A DNA stretch of 48,617 nt, taken from contig JBFMAY010000013.1 of NCBI GenBank assembly GCA_040755455.1, forward strand, positions 39,594-88,210, in the 5' to 3' direction. A program made the translations under genes and the position numbers. The number at the start of each line of letters is the position of its first letter. The first letter of the stretch is position 1. This DNA is from Thermodesulfobacteriota bacterium. Lineage in GTDB: Bacteria; Desulfobacterota; Desulfobulbia; Desulfobulbales; SURF-16. Below the pieces are notes generated by a model, which made no database searches, was not told the origin of the DNA, and was given only the letters and a program-made list of their open reading frames with translations. Positions 29,230 to 40,331 of this stretch are shown piece by piece.

Positions 29230-31236
29230 TCAGAAATCTTTGAAGTCTTCATCGTCAAGCGGGATGATTTCTTGCGGGGATGGTGATTTGGCCGGTGCGT
29301 TCGGATGTTTCCTGGTCGGTCCCGCCGGCAGGTGTTTGATCTGCTTTGGCGCCGCAGCAGTCCTTTTGGCAATGGCCCGGGGCGGGGTCGCTTGCGGCAG
29401 CTGGGTCGGGGGTGCTTCGACCTTGCTGCCCCGCACCATTTTCTGCATATCCATGACCACATCATTCATGGCGGCCGCCTGGGCTGACAGCTCCTCGGCG
29501 GCGGAAGCCGCCTCCTCTGACGCTCCGGCATTTGCCTGGGTTACCTTGTCGATCTCGTTGACCGCCTTATTGATCTGTTCGATGCCCTGTGACTGTTCGC
29601 CCGAGGCCGTGGCTATCTCGGTGATGAGGCTGCTTACCTTGTCGGTGGCCCGGGCGGCATGGGTGAAGGCCTCGCTGGTTTCCTGCAGGAGATTCTCGCC
29701 CTTGCGCACCTTGTGGACGGTGGAATCAATGAGGCTGGAGGTGTTTTTGGCGGATTCGGCGGCCCGCATGGCCAGATTGCGCACCTCATCCGCCACCACG
29801 GCAAAGCCTGCCCCGGCCTCGCCGGCCCGGGCCGCCTCCACCGCGGCATTCAGGGCCAGCAGATTGGTCTGAAAGGCGATCTCGTCAATGGTTTTGACGA
29901 TTTTCTGGGTTTCCGCGCTGGCCGCCGATATCTCGCCCATGGACACGGTCAGTTTTTTCATGGACTGGTCGGCGTCATTGATGGCCGATTTGGTCTCCCG
30001 CATCAGGTTGTCCGCCTGCTGGGTGTTGTCGGCATTCTGGCGGGTGAGAGACGACATCTCCTCCAGGGAAGAGGAGGTCTCTTCAAGGGTGGCAGCCTGC
30101 TCCGAGGCGCCCTGGGCCAGATTGTGGCTCGCCTCGGCAATCTGGATGGAGGCGGCATTGACCTCGGTGGAGCTCTGGGTGAGCTGGTTGACCGTGCCGC
30201 TTAACAGGCTGATCATGCCCCTGGCCGTGAACAGGGCGATGACAATGCCGAGAAGAAGGGTGGCGCCCGCCAGGGTGGACACCATGCCCCTGGTTGCCTT
30301 TGCCGCCGCAAGCATGGCGTCCTCCGTCATGATGTGCTTTTTGGTTTCTTCCCGGATCTGACCAAGCAGGGCGCGCACCTCATTTAAGGCCGACACGGTG
30401 CGATTGGCATAGATTGCCTTTGCCGCCTCCATGCCCTCCAGTTCGTGCTCCGCCTCTCGGCGCATGGTCTGCAGCTTGACAACCGTGCCCTGCAGCATGG
30501 GAGTGGTTTCCTGCTGGAAGATGCTGTTTGCTTCATCCGTGTTGCCTGCCGTCAGGGCCTCCTTAATGCGGCTGGCTGATTGATGCATGGCGTTATGGGT
30601 CTCAGGGATGCTGTCCCAGGTATTTTTGAACAGCTCGTCGCTGTCGGCATAAACCCTCTTCGCATCCTCGGAAGCAAGCCATTTGCCCAGCTGGCACATG
30701 GTTGGGTCGGTCTGTACGTTTTCCATGGCGGGATCGCCCTTGATGATGCCGTCACGGACCTTGCCGGCCCAGGCAAGATGGGCGGCTTCTATTTCCACGA
30801 TAAGAACCGGCAGGGTGGTATCGGCTGGCCGGAACACCTTGGCGATGGCGGCAGCGGATTCATGCAGAACCCGGTGGGGTTCCTCGATTTTTTTTAACAG
30901 CGGGGCAAGAGAGGGAACGAGCTTTTCGGCCTCTTTGCGCTGGTCACTGTAAAGCCACTGGCCCAGACTGCATTGATGGTCATCGGTTTCCACCTTCAGT
31001 TCTTTTACCGTGCTGTCGGTCAGCAGGGTATTGACCTGGTTCGACCAGTTGAGGTGGTCCACTTCCTTCTGGGTGATCAAGGCGTTCAGGCTGTTGCCGC
31101 TGATGACCTCGTCGGCATTGCGGACAATGGTGCCGACGCCCAGATAGTTGATGACGCCCAGCACAATCAGCAGCAAAAGAATCACCGAATAGCCGAGAAT
31201 AATTTTTTTGCCGATGGTCAGTTTTTTCCAGTCCAT
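29230..31236 (-). CDS. methyl-accepting chemotaxis protein with tandem CZB domains
   Basis: TM1 at about residues 12-34; CZB1 HLNW...CSLGQWL...HRVLH; CZB2 HLAW...CQLGKWL...HNAMH; TM2; MCP signalling hairpin; C-terminal DFKDF pentapeptide-like tail. Confidence 0.93.
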   Translation of the reverse strand: MDWKKLTIGKKIILGYSVILLLLIVLGVINYLGVGTIVRNADEVISGNSLNALITQKEVDHLNWSNQVNTLLTDSTVKELKVETDDHQCSLGQWLYSDQRKEAEKLVPSLAPLLKKIEEPHRVLHESAAAIAKVFRPADTTLPVLIVEIEAAHLAWAGKVRDGIIKGDPAMENVQTDPTMCQLGKWLASEDAKRVYADSDELFKNTWDSIPETHNAMHQSASRIKEALTAGNTDEANSIFQQETTPMLQGTVVKLQTMRREAEHELEGMEAAKAIYANRTVSALNEVRALLGQIREETKKHIMTEDAMLAAAKATRGMVSTLAGATLLLGIVIALFTARGMISLLSGTVNQLTQSSTEVNAASIQIAEASHNLAQGASEQAATLEETSSSLEEMSSLTRQNADNTQQADNLMRETKSAINDADQSMKKLTVSMGEISAASAETQKIVKTIDEIAFQTNLLALNAAVEAARAGEAGAGFAVVADEVRNLAMRAAESAKNTSSLIDSTVHKVRKGENLLQETSEAFTHAARATDKVSSLITEIATASGEQSQGIEQINKAVNEIDKVTQANAGASEEAASAAEELSAQAAAMNDVVMDMQKMVRGSKVEAPPTQLPQATPPRAIAKRTAAAPKQIKHLPAGPTRKHPNAPAKSPSPQEIIPLDDEDFKDF

Positions 31237-31360
31237 GTTATGTGATTTCCTATAAGAGGGTTAAATTTTAAGCTGCAAACTTTTCTCTTTTGTCATTTGG
31301 ACCGCTGCCGGTTGAGTTGCTGCTTGCTTGTCGTTTACGGGTAACTGTTCTGCTAGGATT

Positions 31361-31381
31361 AATTATCAATACTTGATAATT
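31361..31381. promoter_or_regulatory. perfect 9-3-9 palindrome, candidate operator
   Basis: AATTATCAA-TAC-TTGATAATT about 125 bp upstream of the CZB chemoreceptor start. Confidence 0.45.
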
Positions 31382-31536
31382 CTTGGCAGTGTCAAGGGGT
31401 ACTTGGCACTGTCAGGAATTTTTCCCCGTATTATTGAGCCGGGCAAGGCTTTGCCCGTTCTTTGTTATTGAGGAGGGTAGTATATAGGTAATGTTATCAG
31501 GATAGGCCCCTAACAGTCAAGTGTCACTTGGTGCTG

Positions 31537-33252
31537 TCAGGCATTTTTTTCAATTTTTTCCCAGCTGTCGCGTAGGGTCACGGTACGGTTGAACACCGGT
31601 CGGGCCGGGGTCGAGTCCACGGAGTCGAGGCAGAAATAGCCGAGCCGCTCAAACTGGTAGCGGTCATTTTCCCCTGCCGCGGCAAGGCCCGGTTCAAGCC
31701 TGCAGTTGCTCAGGAGTTGCAGGGAATCCGGATTGAGATGGGTCATGAAACTGGTTTCCTTGTCCGCCTCCGGGTTTTCCACGTTAAAGAGGCGGTCGTA
31801 CAGGCGCACTTCAGCGGTAATGGCATGGCGGGCGGAGACCCAGTGCAGGGTCCCCTTGACCTTTCTGCCGTCAGGGGATGAGCCGCCGCGGCTGGCCGGA
31901 TCATAGGTGCAGTGCAGCTCGACAATCTCGCCGGTCCGCTCGTCCCTGATGACCCGGTCGCAGGTGATGAGATAGGCGGCGCGCAGGCGCACCTCCCGGC
32001 CCGGTGCCAGTCTGAAGAACTTCTTGGGCGGTTCCTCCAGGAAATCATCCCGCTCAATGTAAATTTCCCGGCAGAAGGTCACCGTGCGTTTGCCCATGTC
32101 CGGATTTTTCGGATGGTTGTCTATTTCCAGCTCCTCTTCCAGTTCAGGCGGATAATTGGTGATCACCACCTTGAGCGGACTCAGCACCGCCATGGCCCTC
32201 GGGGCGGTATCGTTGAGGTCGTTGCGGATGGCGTTTTCCAGAACCCCCATGTCCACCCGGCTTTCCCGCTTGGCCAGGCCGATGGTGTCGCAGAAACTGC
32301 GCATGGCCGCCGGGGTGTAGCCCCGGCGTCTGAGGCCGGAGATGGTCAGCATGCGCGGGTCGTCCCAGCCGCTGACATATTTTTCGTTCACCAGTTGCAG
32401 CAGTTTACGTTTGCTCATCACAGTAAAGGTGAGATTGAGCCGGGCAAACTCGATCTGCTGGGGATGGCTGGGCGTCCGCAGGGTGTCCAGCAGCCAGTCG
32501 TAGAATGGTCGGTGGTCCTCAAACTCCAGGGTACAGAGCGAGTGGGTGATTTGCTCGATGGCGTCGGAGATGGGATGGGTGTAATCGTACATCGGGTAGA
32601 TGCACCATTTGTCGCCGGTGCGGTGATGGCTGGCGTGCAGGATACGGTACAGCACCGGGTCGCGCATGTTGATGTTGCCGGAACTCATGTCGATTTTGGC
32701 CCGCAGCACATGGGTGCCGTCGGAAAATTCCCCGGCCCGCATGCGGGCAAAGAGGTCGAGATTTTCCTCCATGCTGCGGTTGCGGTACGGGCTTTCCCGG
32801 CCCGGTTCGGTCAGGGTGCCCCGGTACTCCCTGATCTCATCGGCTGACAGGCTGCACACGTAAGCCTTGCCCATTTTAATCAGTGCAACCGCATAATCGT
32901 AAAGCTGCTCAAAATAATCCGAGGCGAAGAAAAGATTGGCGCCCCAGTCAAAGCCCAGCCATTTTACATCCTTTTTGATGGACTCCACATAGGCGATTTC
33001 CTCCTTGCTGGGGTTGGTGTCGTCAAAGCGCAGGTGGCAGACCCCATTGTTTTCCAAGGCAACGCCGAAATTGAGGCAGATCGATTTGGCATGGCCGATA
33101 TGCAGGAACCCGTTGGGCTCGGGCGGAAAGCGAGTGGTGACTTTCCCGCCGTGTTTGTTGTTTTTCAGGTCCTCGGCAATGATGGTCCGGATGAAATCGC
33201 GGGATTGCGGATTGCGGATTGCGGATTGGGGATTGTTGCCTTCTGTGTGCAT
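31537..33252 (-). CDS. glnS: glutamine--tRNA ligase
   Basis: [46 protein letters not shown]. Confidence 0.96.
   Translation of the reverse strand: MHTEGNNPQSAIRNPQSRDFIRTIIAEDLKNNKHGGKVTTRFPPEPNGFLHIGHAKSICLNFGVALENNGVCHLRFDDTNPSKEEIAYVESIKKDVKWLGFDWGANLFFASDYFEQLYDYAVALIKMGKAYVCSLSADEIREYRGTLTEPGRESPYRNRSMEENLDLFARMRAGEFSDGTHVLRAKIDMSSGNINMRDPVLYRILHASHHRTGDKWCIYPMYDYTHPISDAIEQITHSLCTLEFEDHRPFYDWLLDTLRTPSHPQQIEFARLNLTFTVMSKRKLLQLVNEKYVSGWDDPRMLTISGLRRRGYTPAAMRSFCDTIGLAKRESRVDMGVLENAIRNDLNDTAPRAMAVLSPLKVVITNYPPELEEELEIDNHPKNPDMGKRTVTFCREIYIERDDFLEEPPKKFFRLAPGREVRLRAAYLITCDRVIRDERTGEIVELHCTYDPASRGGSSPDGRKVKGTLHWVSARHAITAEVRLYDRLFNVENPEADKETSFMTHLNPDSLQLLSNCRLEPGLAAAGENDRYQFERLGYFCLDSVDSTPARPVFNRTVTLRDSWEKIEKNA
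33202..33236. repeat. heptamer tandem repeat (GGATTGC x about 5) inside the glnS 5' end
   Basis: ggattgc ggattgc ggattgc ggattgg ggattgt; encodes [11 protein letters not shown] on the minus strand. Confidence 0.85.
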
Positions 33253-33292
33253 AGTGTTACCTGATTTCGTCGAGTGAGTTGTCTTATGCCCT

Positions 33293-33317
33293 GGGCGGGC
33301 ATAAAACCCGCCCCTAC
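33293..33317 (-). repeat. GTAG-type REP element between gltX and glnS
   Basis: Minus strand reads GTAG-GGGCGGG-ttttatg-CCCGCCC. Confidence 0.75.
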
Positions 33318-33341
33318 ATCCATTTGCCTTATGCCTATCTT

Positions 33342-34820
33342 TTACGCGAAATATTTCGCCACATCGCGCAGTCTGGCCACCACCTTGTCCCTTCCCAGGT
33401 GGACGAAAAGCTCAAACATGCTCGGTCCCTTGACCAGTCCGGTGATGACGGCCCGGGAGGCGTTGATCGGGATGCCCGGCTTGACCCCGATTTCATCGGC
33501 GAATTCCCTGGCGGCCTGCTCGGCGCTCTCCTTGGTGAATTCAGGCAGGCTGGCAAAGCGGTCGGCCAGCATGGGCAGCCAGTTTTTCAGCTCGGGATAC
33601 TTGAGCAGGTTTTTCGTCAGGGCCGCCTCTTCAATGGCAAAGTCGTCGGCAAAATAGGCGCGGCCCTGGGTGGTGAAATCCTTCAGGGTATAAAAGCGGT
33701 CCCGGATCATGTCAATGGTCTGCAGATACCACGCTTTTTTGTCTGTGTCATAGGCTGCGTCCCACAGCTGGGCCTCCTGCAGCTCCTTCCTGACAAGCTC
33801 GCCGATTTCCGTAACCGGCAGGGTGCGCAGGTAGTGGGCATTGATATTGATCGCCTTGGGATCGGTGAAAAACTTCGGATCGTCCTTGCGGTAATTGAAG
33901 ATGGCGTGTGATTTGTTGATCCGCTCCAGGGTAAAGGCCTCGATGAGTTCTTCCCTGGTGAAGATCTCCCGGTCATCGCCGGGGGACCAGCCCAGCAGCA
34001 CCAGGAAATTGACCAGGGCCCAGGGGATGAAGCCGTTGGCCCGGTAGAACTGCACGGCGACGATCTCGCCGTGGCTGCGCTTGGAGATCTTGGCCTTGTT
34101 GAGGTCCAGGGTAAGGGGCATGTGGGCGAAGACCGGAATGGGCGCGTTCAGGGCGTCATAGAGCAGGATCTGGCGGGTGGTGTTGGTCAGATGGTCCTGG
34201 CCCCTGATGATGTGGGTGATGCGGTCGCGGATGTCATCCACCACGTTGCAGAGCAGATAAAGGGGTTTGCCGTTGGAGCGGACAATGACAAAGTCCTCGA
34301 TGTCAACAAAGCGGCGTTCGATCCGGCCGAGCACCTTGTCTTCGTAAGCCACGACGCCGTCCCGCTGCGGCACCTTGAAACGGATGACCGAGGGCAGGCC
34401 CTGGGCCTGTTTGGCGGCGATCTGCTGCGGGGTGAGATTGCGGCAGGTCCCGTCGTATTTCACGGCCTGTTTGGCGGCCAGGGTCGCTTCACGTTTTTCC
34501 TCCAGTTCCTCCTTGGTGCAGAAGCATCGGTAGGCCTGGCCGCTCGCTATCATCTTCTCCGCCGCGGCAATATGGTCGCTGGTAAAGTCGGTTTGAAAAT
34601 AGGGTCCCTCGTCCCAGTCGATGCCGAGCCAGGTAAGTCCGTCCAGGATGCCGTCAATTGACTCCTTGGTGGAGCGTTCAGCGTCGGTGTCTTCAATGCG
34701 CAGGATAAATTTGCCGTTATGTTTTCTGGCAAAGAGCCAGTTGAGGATGGCGGTGCGGGCTCCCCCGATGTGCAGATACCCGGTGGGGCTGGGGGGGAAA
34801 CGGACTCTTACTTCGGACAT
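33342..34820 (-). CDS. gltX: glutamate--tRNA ligase
   Basis: [41 protein letters not shown]. Confidence 0.96.
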   Translation of the reverse strand: MSEVRVRFPPSPTGYLHIGGARTAILNWLFARKHNGKFILRIEDTDAERSTKESIDGILDGLTWLGIDWDEGPYFQTDFTSDHIAAAEKMIASGQAYRCFCTKEELEEKREATLAAKQAVKYDGTCRNLTPQQIAAKQAQGLPSVIRFKVPQRDGVVAYEDKVLGRIERRFVDIEDFVIVRSNGKPLYLLCNVVDDIRDRITHIIRGQDHLTNTTRQILLYDALNAPIPVFAHMPLTLDLNKAKISKRSHGEIVAVQFYRANGFIPWALVNFLVLLGWSPGDDREIFTREELIEAFTLERINKSHAIFNYRKDDPKFFTDPKAININAHYLRTLPVTEIGELVRKELQEAQLWDAAYDTDKKAWYLQTIDMIRDRFYTLKDFTTQGRAYFADDFAIEEAALTKNLLKYPELKNWLPMLADRFASLPEFTKESAEQAAREFADEIGVKPGIPINASRAVITGLVKGPSMFELFVHLGRDKVVARLRDVAKYFA

Positions 34821-35058
34821 GATATGCTCCCTTTATGTAAATGCTGGATGCATCGGATAAAAATTTACCGGTAAATTCCACAATGAACGGAAAACTTTAT
34901 AATATAACGTTATCCTGGACGGGTGTCAAAAAATGTTTGGATGGCGAAAGCGCCTTGTGCTAACATTTAATAGTATTTATTTGTTGATTGCGAAGCAGGG
35001 TGGCATGCTGCCGGGGAAACTGCCTTCTGCGCACGGCACCGGTGGCCAAGGAGAAGCT

Positions 35059-36180
35059 ATGTACAGCCGATTTCTGCGGGCGGCAAGCCTGGTTGTTGTT
35101 TTCTTTCTGCTGGCGGTTTTCGTCTCAGCCTGCAAACTGCCGGTTGAGCCGGTAAAACTCGGTCTGGCGATTAATCTCAGCGGCCGGGGAGGAATGGCGG
35201 GCGAGCATATCCGCGACGGAGCGCTGCTTGCGGTGCGGGTGGTGAACGAGGGCGGCGGCATCAACGGACGGCCCCTTGTCCTGCTGGTGCGCGATGATGA
35301 AAATAATCAGCAACAGATCAAGACGGTCGACCAGTCGCTTATCGATGAGGGAGTGGTGGCCATTGTCGGCCACAGCTACTCGGCCAATACCATAATAGCC
35401 TATCCGCTGGTCACCTCCCAGCATACCCTGCTCGTCACCGGTTATACGGCGAGCAATAAACTGAGCGGCCAGGATGACCTTTTTTTCAGGACCTCCGTGG
35501 ATTGTACCCTCTATGGGCAGAAGGCAGCCGAGCTGTTCAACCGCCGCCAGGCAAAATCCCTGGCGGTTATCATGGATATGGTCAATGCCGGTTTTGCCCT
35601 TGATTATGTAAAATTCCTGAAACAGCATTTTGCCGGAACCGTGACCGAGGTGAGGTTCACCTCAAAGGAAGATGAAGACTGGCCGCGCATCATCGCCGAG
35701 GTGCTGGCCGCCGGCCCTGATACGGTCATGTCGCTGGCCGAGGCGAATATGACCGGGGTGGCCGCCCAGAAATTGCGGGAGGCGGGCTACAACGGGCCGC
35801 TGGCGGCAACCATCTGGGCCCAGGATCCCACCCTGCTGGACTATGGCGGCACGACCGTTGACAATATGTCCATCATTACCTTTATGCCGGAGGAAAACAG
35901 CCGGCCGGATTATCTCGCCTTTGCCGCCCGGATGCGCAAGGAGTTCAAGGAAGAGGCCAATGCCCGCTCATCCAGGTCCTATGAGCTGATCATGATCCTG
36001 GCCGACGCCTTGCGGCAATGCGGGGTGATCAATGCCCAGGAGTTGAAAAGGCAGCTATTGGCCAGAAAATATGAAAGCATCCTGGGCGAAGTGCGCTTTG
36101 ATCAGTATGGCGATGTGGTGCGGCCGGTTTACGAGGTGGTGGTATCCGACGGGCATTTCCGGACAAAAGGGGTGATTTAG
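35059..36180 (+). CDS. periplasmic binding lipoprotein (branched-chain amino acid/LivK-type fold)
   Basis: AGGAG RBS, lipobox VSAC, GGINGRPLVLLVRDD, FFRT, C-terminal FDQYGD. Confidence 0.85.
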   Translation: MYSRFLRAASLVVVFFLLAVFVSACKLPVEPVKLGLAINLSGRGGMAGEHIRDGALLAVRVVNEGGGINGRPLVLLVRDDENNQQQIKTVDQSLIDEGVVAIVGHSYSANTIIAYPLVTSQHTLLVTGYTASNKLSGQDDLFFRTSVDCTLYGQKAAELFNRRQAKSLAVIMDMVNAGFALDYVKFLKQHFAGTVTEVRFTSKEDEDWPRIIAEVLAAGPDTVMSLAEANMTGVAAQKLREAGYNGPLAATIWAQDPTLLDYGGTTVDNMSIITFMPEENSRPDYLAFAARMRKEFKEEANARSSRSYELIMILADALRQCGVINAQELKRQLLARKYESILGEVRFDQYGDVVRPVYEVVVSDGHFRTKGVI

Positions 36181-39132
36181 GTGAAGAACCGCTCGCTGGA
36201 GCGTAACATCAGGCGCATTCTCATCGCCATCTTTGCGTTTTCTTTTCTGGTTGCCGCCGGGGTAAGCAGCACCGGCATATACCTGACCGCCAGGGATGAG
36301 TACACTGGTCAAATGCGCAGCCAGGTGAATATCGCCCAGAACCTGATTGCCGATTTCATCTTCGGTTATGATGACCATATCCTGGGAATCATCCGCAAAA
36401 GCCCTGACGGCTCGGTGGATGAGGTGAAATCCTACCTGAAAAAGGCGCTCCATTTTCATAGCGAGGGGGATATTTATTACCTGCTCGATCCGCATCATCG
36501 CATAGCCCTTATTTCCTCACCATATGAATCCTATGAGGGGATGAGTATTGCATCCAAGTCTTTTCACCATTCCTCATCGGAAATTTCCGATGTGCACCAG
36601 TCGCTTTTTTCGGATAAAACGGTGATCAGCATCCAGTACCCCATGGCTGCCGGGATGGTCCTGATCTTTGAACGGGACCTGCAGAGCATCACCCGCATCA
36701 TGTCTTTTTTTGACAAAAGCAAGGTTTTTGCCGATCAGGCCATATTTGTCCTGACCAGCGAAGGGAAGGTGGCCTATCATCCGGAAACGAGACTGGTCAA
36801 GAGCAGGCATAATCTCGCCTTTGATATGCGGGACTGGAAGCTGCCGGCTGCGGGAGATCTGTTTACCTATCAGCTTAACGGCAAGAAGTATATCGCCTTT
36901 CAAAAGCCCCTGACCGTGCCACTGGGCTGGAGGATTTATTTTTCCCTGCCGGCCGGCCAGCTGCTGTCGCATGTTGAAAAGGTGGTGCTCGGCCAGTTGG
37001 TCATGCTGCTTGTTTTTTTCGCTGTGGTCTATTTCATTCTCCAGCAGTCACTCAACCGTTATTTCTCCGGGCCGGTGCGGCAGATAGTCAAGTCCATTGA
37101 ACGCTATGATACGGACAGGGCGGGGGAGATGATTGCGCCGGAGATGTCCTGCGGCGTGCAGGAGTTTTCCGCTATTATCGATGCCATCAATGTCATGTCG
37201 GCCCAGGTCAACAGGTCGAATGCCCAGCTGCGGCGCAGTGAAGAGCAGAGCCGCCTGCTGCTTAACTCCACGGCCGAGGCCATCTACGGACTCGATACCC
37301 GGGGCCGGTGCACCTTCTGTAACAGTTCCTTCCTGCAGATGATGGGTTACGACAGCGAATCCGATCTGCTGGGACAGGACATGCACCAGCTCATCCATCA
37401 CAGCCATGCGGACGGCAGGGCGTATCCCCGGGATGAGTGTCTGGCCCACAAAGGATTCCTTGAGGGAATGGGGTCCCATATGGACAACGAGGTCTTCTGG
37501 CGGGTCGACGGCAGCAGTTTTGCCGCGGAATACTGGTCCTATCCTATTTTCCAGGGCGATCAGATCATCGGAGCGGTTGTCACCTTTATCGATATCACCA
37601 AACGCAAGCAGGCCGAAGAACAGCTGGCCGGGGAAAAGGAGCAGCTGGCCGTGACCCTGCGCAGCATCGGCGATGCGGTCATCACCACGGATACGGCGGG
37701 CAGGATCGTGCTGGTCAACCGGGTCGCCGAGGAGCTCACCGGCTGGCCGCAGTACGAGGCCGAGGGACAGCCGCTGCTGGAGGTTTTCCGGGTCATCAAT
37801 GAACATGACCGCAATTATCTTGAAAGTCCGGTGGACAGGGTGATGAGAAGCGGCGCCATTGTGGAGCTGGCCAGTCATGCCCTGCTCCTCGCCAGGGACG
37901 GTACGGAGCGGGCCATTGCCGACAGCGGGGCGCCCATCCGTGACAGGCTGGGCCGGATCATCGGGGTGGTGCTGGTCTTCCGTGATGTGACCCAGAGCAG
38001 GCGGATTCAGGAAGAGGCGTTCCGGGCCAGCAAGCTTGAATCAATCGGCGTGCTGGCGGGCGGCATTGCCCATGATTTCAACAATATTCTGACGGCAATC
38101 CTGGGCAATATCAGTCTGGCCGGCAATATGGCGACAAACGACAAACAGAGGTCCCTGCTCGACAGTGCGGAAAAGGCCTCCGTGCGGGCCAAGGGGCTCA
38201 CCCAGCAGCTGCTGACCTTTGCCAAGGGCGGGGAGCCGGTGACGGAAAACTCTTCCATCGCCGAGGTAATCCGCGAGTCGGCCGGTTTTGTTCTGCATGG
38301 CAGCAAGGTGGCCTGCGATTGCCTCATTCCCGACAATCTGCCCCTGGTCAATATCGACAAGGGACAGATCAGCCAGGTCATCCAGAATATCGTGCTCAAT
38401 GCCAAGGACGCCATGCCCGAGGGCGGCAGCATCGAAATCCGCTGCGCGAATTACCGCTGCGCCCCGGGTGATCATCTTCCCTTGCCCGAGGGTGACTATG
38501 TGCTGATCAGCATCAGGGATACCGGCACCGGCATTCCGCCGGAAATTATCGGCAAGATCTTCGACCCCTATTTCACCACCGGCAAGCATGGTCAGGGCCT
38601 TGGCCTGGCGGTGACCCGCTCGATCATCGCCAAGCACGGCGGTCATGTGGGGGTGGAGTCGAAGGTGGGAGCGGGCAGCGTCTTTACCATCTATCTCCCG
38701 GTTTCAGAGGATGGCGGCGGCATGCAGCCCGAGGTGGCCGCCCCATGGCCGAGCGCCGCGGGCAGGGTGCTGATCATGGATGATGAGGAGATCGTCAGAG
38801 AGGTGATGATTACCATGGTCAATCAGCTCGGCTATGAAGCTCTGGCCGCCAGAGACGGGCAGGAGATGCTTGCCATGTATGCGCAGGCGGCTGAATCCGG
38901 CAAGCCGGTTGATGTCGTCATTCTCGATCTGACCATTCCGGGGGGCATGGGCGGTAAAGAGGCGATGAAAAAACTGCTGCACGGCTATCCCCAGGCCAGG
39001 GCGGTGGTGGCAAGCGGCTATTACAATGATCCTGTCATGGCCGATTGCGCAAGCTACGGCTTCAAGGCCGCGGTGGCCAAACCGTTTCAGCCCGAGGAAC
39101 TCGGCCAGGCGCTGCGCAAGGCCATGGCGTGA
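36181..39132 (+). CDS. membrane hybrid histidine kinase (Cache-like, HAMP, 2 PAS, HisKA, HATPase, REC)
   Basis: Two TMs, PAS domains ending DIT/DVT, GGIAHDFNN, DTGTG, PYFTT, GLGL, ILDLTIP receiver. Confidence 0.92.
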   Translation: MKNRSLERNIRRILIAIFAFSFLVAAGVSSTGIYLTARDEYTGQMRSQVNIAQNLIADFIFGYDDHILGIIRKSPDGSVDEVKSYLKKALHFHSEGDIYYLLDPHHRIALISSPYESYEGMSIASKSFHHSSSEISDVHQSLFSDKTVISIQYPMAAGMVLIFERDLQSITRIMSFFDKSKVFADQAIFVLTSEGKVAYHPETRLVKSRHNLAFDMRDWKLPAAGDLFTYQLNGKKYIAFQKPLTVPLGWRIYFSLPAGQLLSHVEKVVLGQLVMLLVFFAVVYFILQQSLNRYFSGPVRQIVKSIERYDTDRAGEMIAPEMSCGVQEFSAIIDAINVMSAQVNRSNAQLRRSEEQSRLLLNSTAEAIYGLDTRGRCTFCNSSFLQMMGYDSESDLLGQDMHQLIHHSHADGRAYPRDECLAHKGFLEGMGSHMDNEVFWRVDGSSFAAEYWSYPIFQGDQIIGAVVTFIDITKRKQAEEQLAGEKEQLAVTLRSIGDAVITTDTAGRIVLVNRVAEELTGWPQYEAEGQPLLEVFRVINEHDRNYLESPVDRVMRSGAIVELASHALLLARDGTERAIADSGAPIRDRLGRIIGVVLVFRDVTQSRRIQEEAFRASKLESIGVLAGGIAHDFNNILTAILGNISLAGNMATNDKQRSLLDSAEKASVRAKGLTQQLLTFAKGGEPVTENSSIAEVIRESAGFVLHGSKVACDCLIPDNLPLVNIDKGQISQVIQNIVLNAKDAMPEGGSIEIRCANYRCAPGDHLPLPEGDYVLISIRDTGTGIPPEIIGKIFDPYFTTGKHGQGLGLAVTRSIIAKHGGHVGVESKVGAGSVFTIYLPVSEDGGGMQPEVAAPWPSAAGRVLIMDDEEIVREVMITMVNQLGYEALAARDGQEMLAMYAQAAESGKPVDVVILDLTIPGGMGGKEAMKKLLHGYPQARAVVASGYYNDPVMADCASYGFKAAVAKPFQPEELGQALRKAMA

Positions 39133-39277
39133 TGTTTTGCCGGGAACCGGTATGGCTGGAACAGGCTGGCCAGCCGAAACGATGACGTCGCTTCGCTGCT
39201 ATGAAAGCCACAGGTCGCGGGCATGTCCCTCTCCTGCCGCGGAATGCAACCGCAAGGACTTTCAATTAACCCTTTCC

Positions 39278-40177
39278 TCAGCCCAGTCCCATTTCCCGTA
39301 AGAAAAGGGCATCGGTTGTCCAGTCTTTCCTGATTTTCACCCACAGTTTCAGCACCACATTGATGCCGAGCAGTTCCTTCAGCTCCAGCCGGGCCGTCTG
39401 GCCTATCTGTTTCAGCATGGAGCCCTGTTTGCCGATGATGATGCCTTTCTGGGATTTCCGCTCGACAAAGATGGTGGCATGGATGGTGATCTTTTTTTCC
39501 TCCTCCTTGAAGCTGTCCACGGCAACCGCGCAGGAGTATGGAATTTCCTGGGTGGTCAGCAGAAAGATCTTTTCCCGGATGATTTCCGCGGCGATAAAAC
39601 GCTCGGTGGCGTCGGTGGGAATGTCCTCGGGATACAGGCGGGGCCCGGTGGGCAGGAGCCGCAGCAGTTCCGCCAGCAGGATGTCCGTGCCGTCCTGATG
39701 CAGGGCGGAGATGGGAATCATGGCATGGAAGGGGAAAACCTCCCGGTAGGCGGCCAGGATGGGCAGCAGTTTTTCCCTTGCCACCAGGTCCGCCTTGTTC
39801 ACCAGCAGGATCACCGGCTTGCCGGCGTGCTGTAAATGGCCTGTCGCCTCGCTGATTTTGCCGGGAAGGGGAAAGCTGATGTCGATCATGAAGACGATGA
39901 CATCCACCTCGGCGAGGCTCGCCACGGCTATTTTCACCATTTCCTGGTTCAGCGGGCTGCGGGCGGTGTGAATACCGGGGGTGTCAAGGATGACGATCTG
40001 GTAATCATCGCCATTGACAATACCCACTATTTTGTTTCTGGTGGTCTGGGGCTTGGGGGAGACGATGGAGATTTTCTGGCCCAGCAGGCTGTTGAGCAGG
40101 GTGGACTTGCCCACATTCGGGGGGCCGATCAGGGCCACAATGCCTGATTTAACTTGCTTTTCTCCCTGGTAATCCAT
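39278..40177 (-). CDS. era: GTPase Era
   Basis: GPPNVGKST, KPQTTR, DTPG, NKAD, KH domain with GIIIGKQG. Confidence 0.96.
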   Translation of the reverse strand: MDYQGEKQVKSGIVALIGPPNVGKSTLLNSLLGQKISIVSPKPQTTRNKIVGIVNGDDYQIVILDTPGIHTARSPLNQEMVKIAVASLAEVDVIVFMIDISFPLPGKISEATGHLQHAGKPVILLVNKADLVAREKLLPILAAYREVFPFHAMIPISALHQDGTDILLAELLRLLPTGPRLYPEDIPTDATERFIAAEIIREKIFLLTTQEIPYSCAVAVDSFKEEEKKITIHATIFVERKSQKGIIIGKQGSMLKQIGQTARLELKELLGINVVLKLWVKIRKDWTTDALFLREMGLG

Positions 40178-40331
40178 TATGGTCTCCTTTCCTTAGTTAT
40201 TCGTTGCGCAATCGCTGACCGTGCCCGGAAAGCGCAGTGCCCGGTATGGCAGAATCATGCCGCCGCAGGCCCGGCAGGCTTGGTTATTGCGCACTGTCCT
40301 GATAAAACATCAACTTCAGAGTGTTATCATA

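Noticed and set aside
25770..29900. Near-identical inverted DNA in the two MCP genes as an invertible segment
   Set aside because: The similarity is confined to the universally conserved MCP signalling hairpin, and there is no recombinase nearby.
39133..39277. c-di-GMP-I riboswitch-like words (GAAA, AAAGCCACAGGTC)
   Set aside because: The GGCAAAC/GACGCAAAGC core is absent and the region lies between convergent gene ends, not in a 5' UTR.
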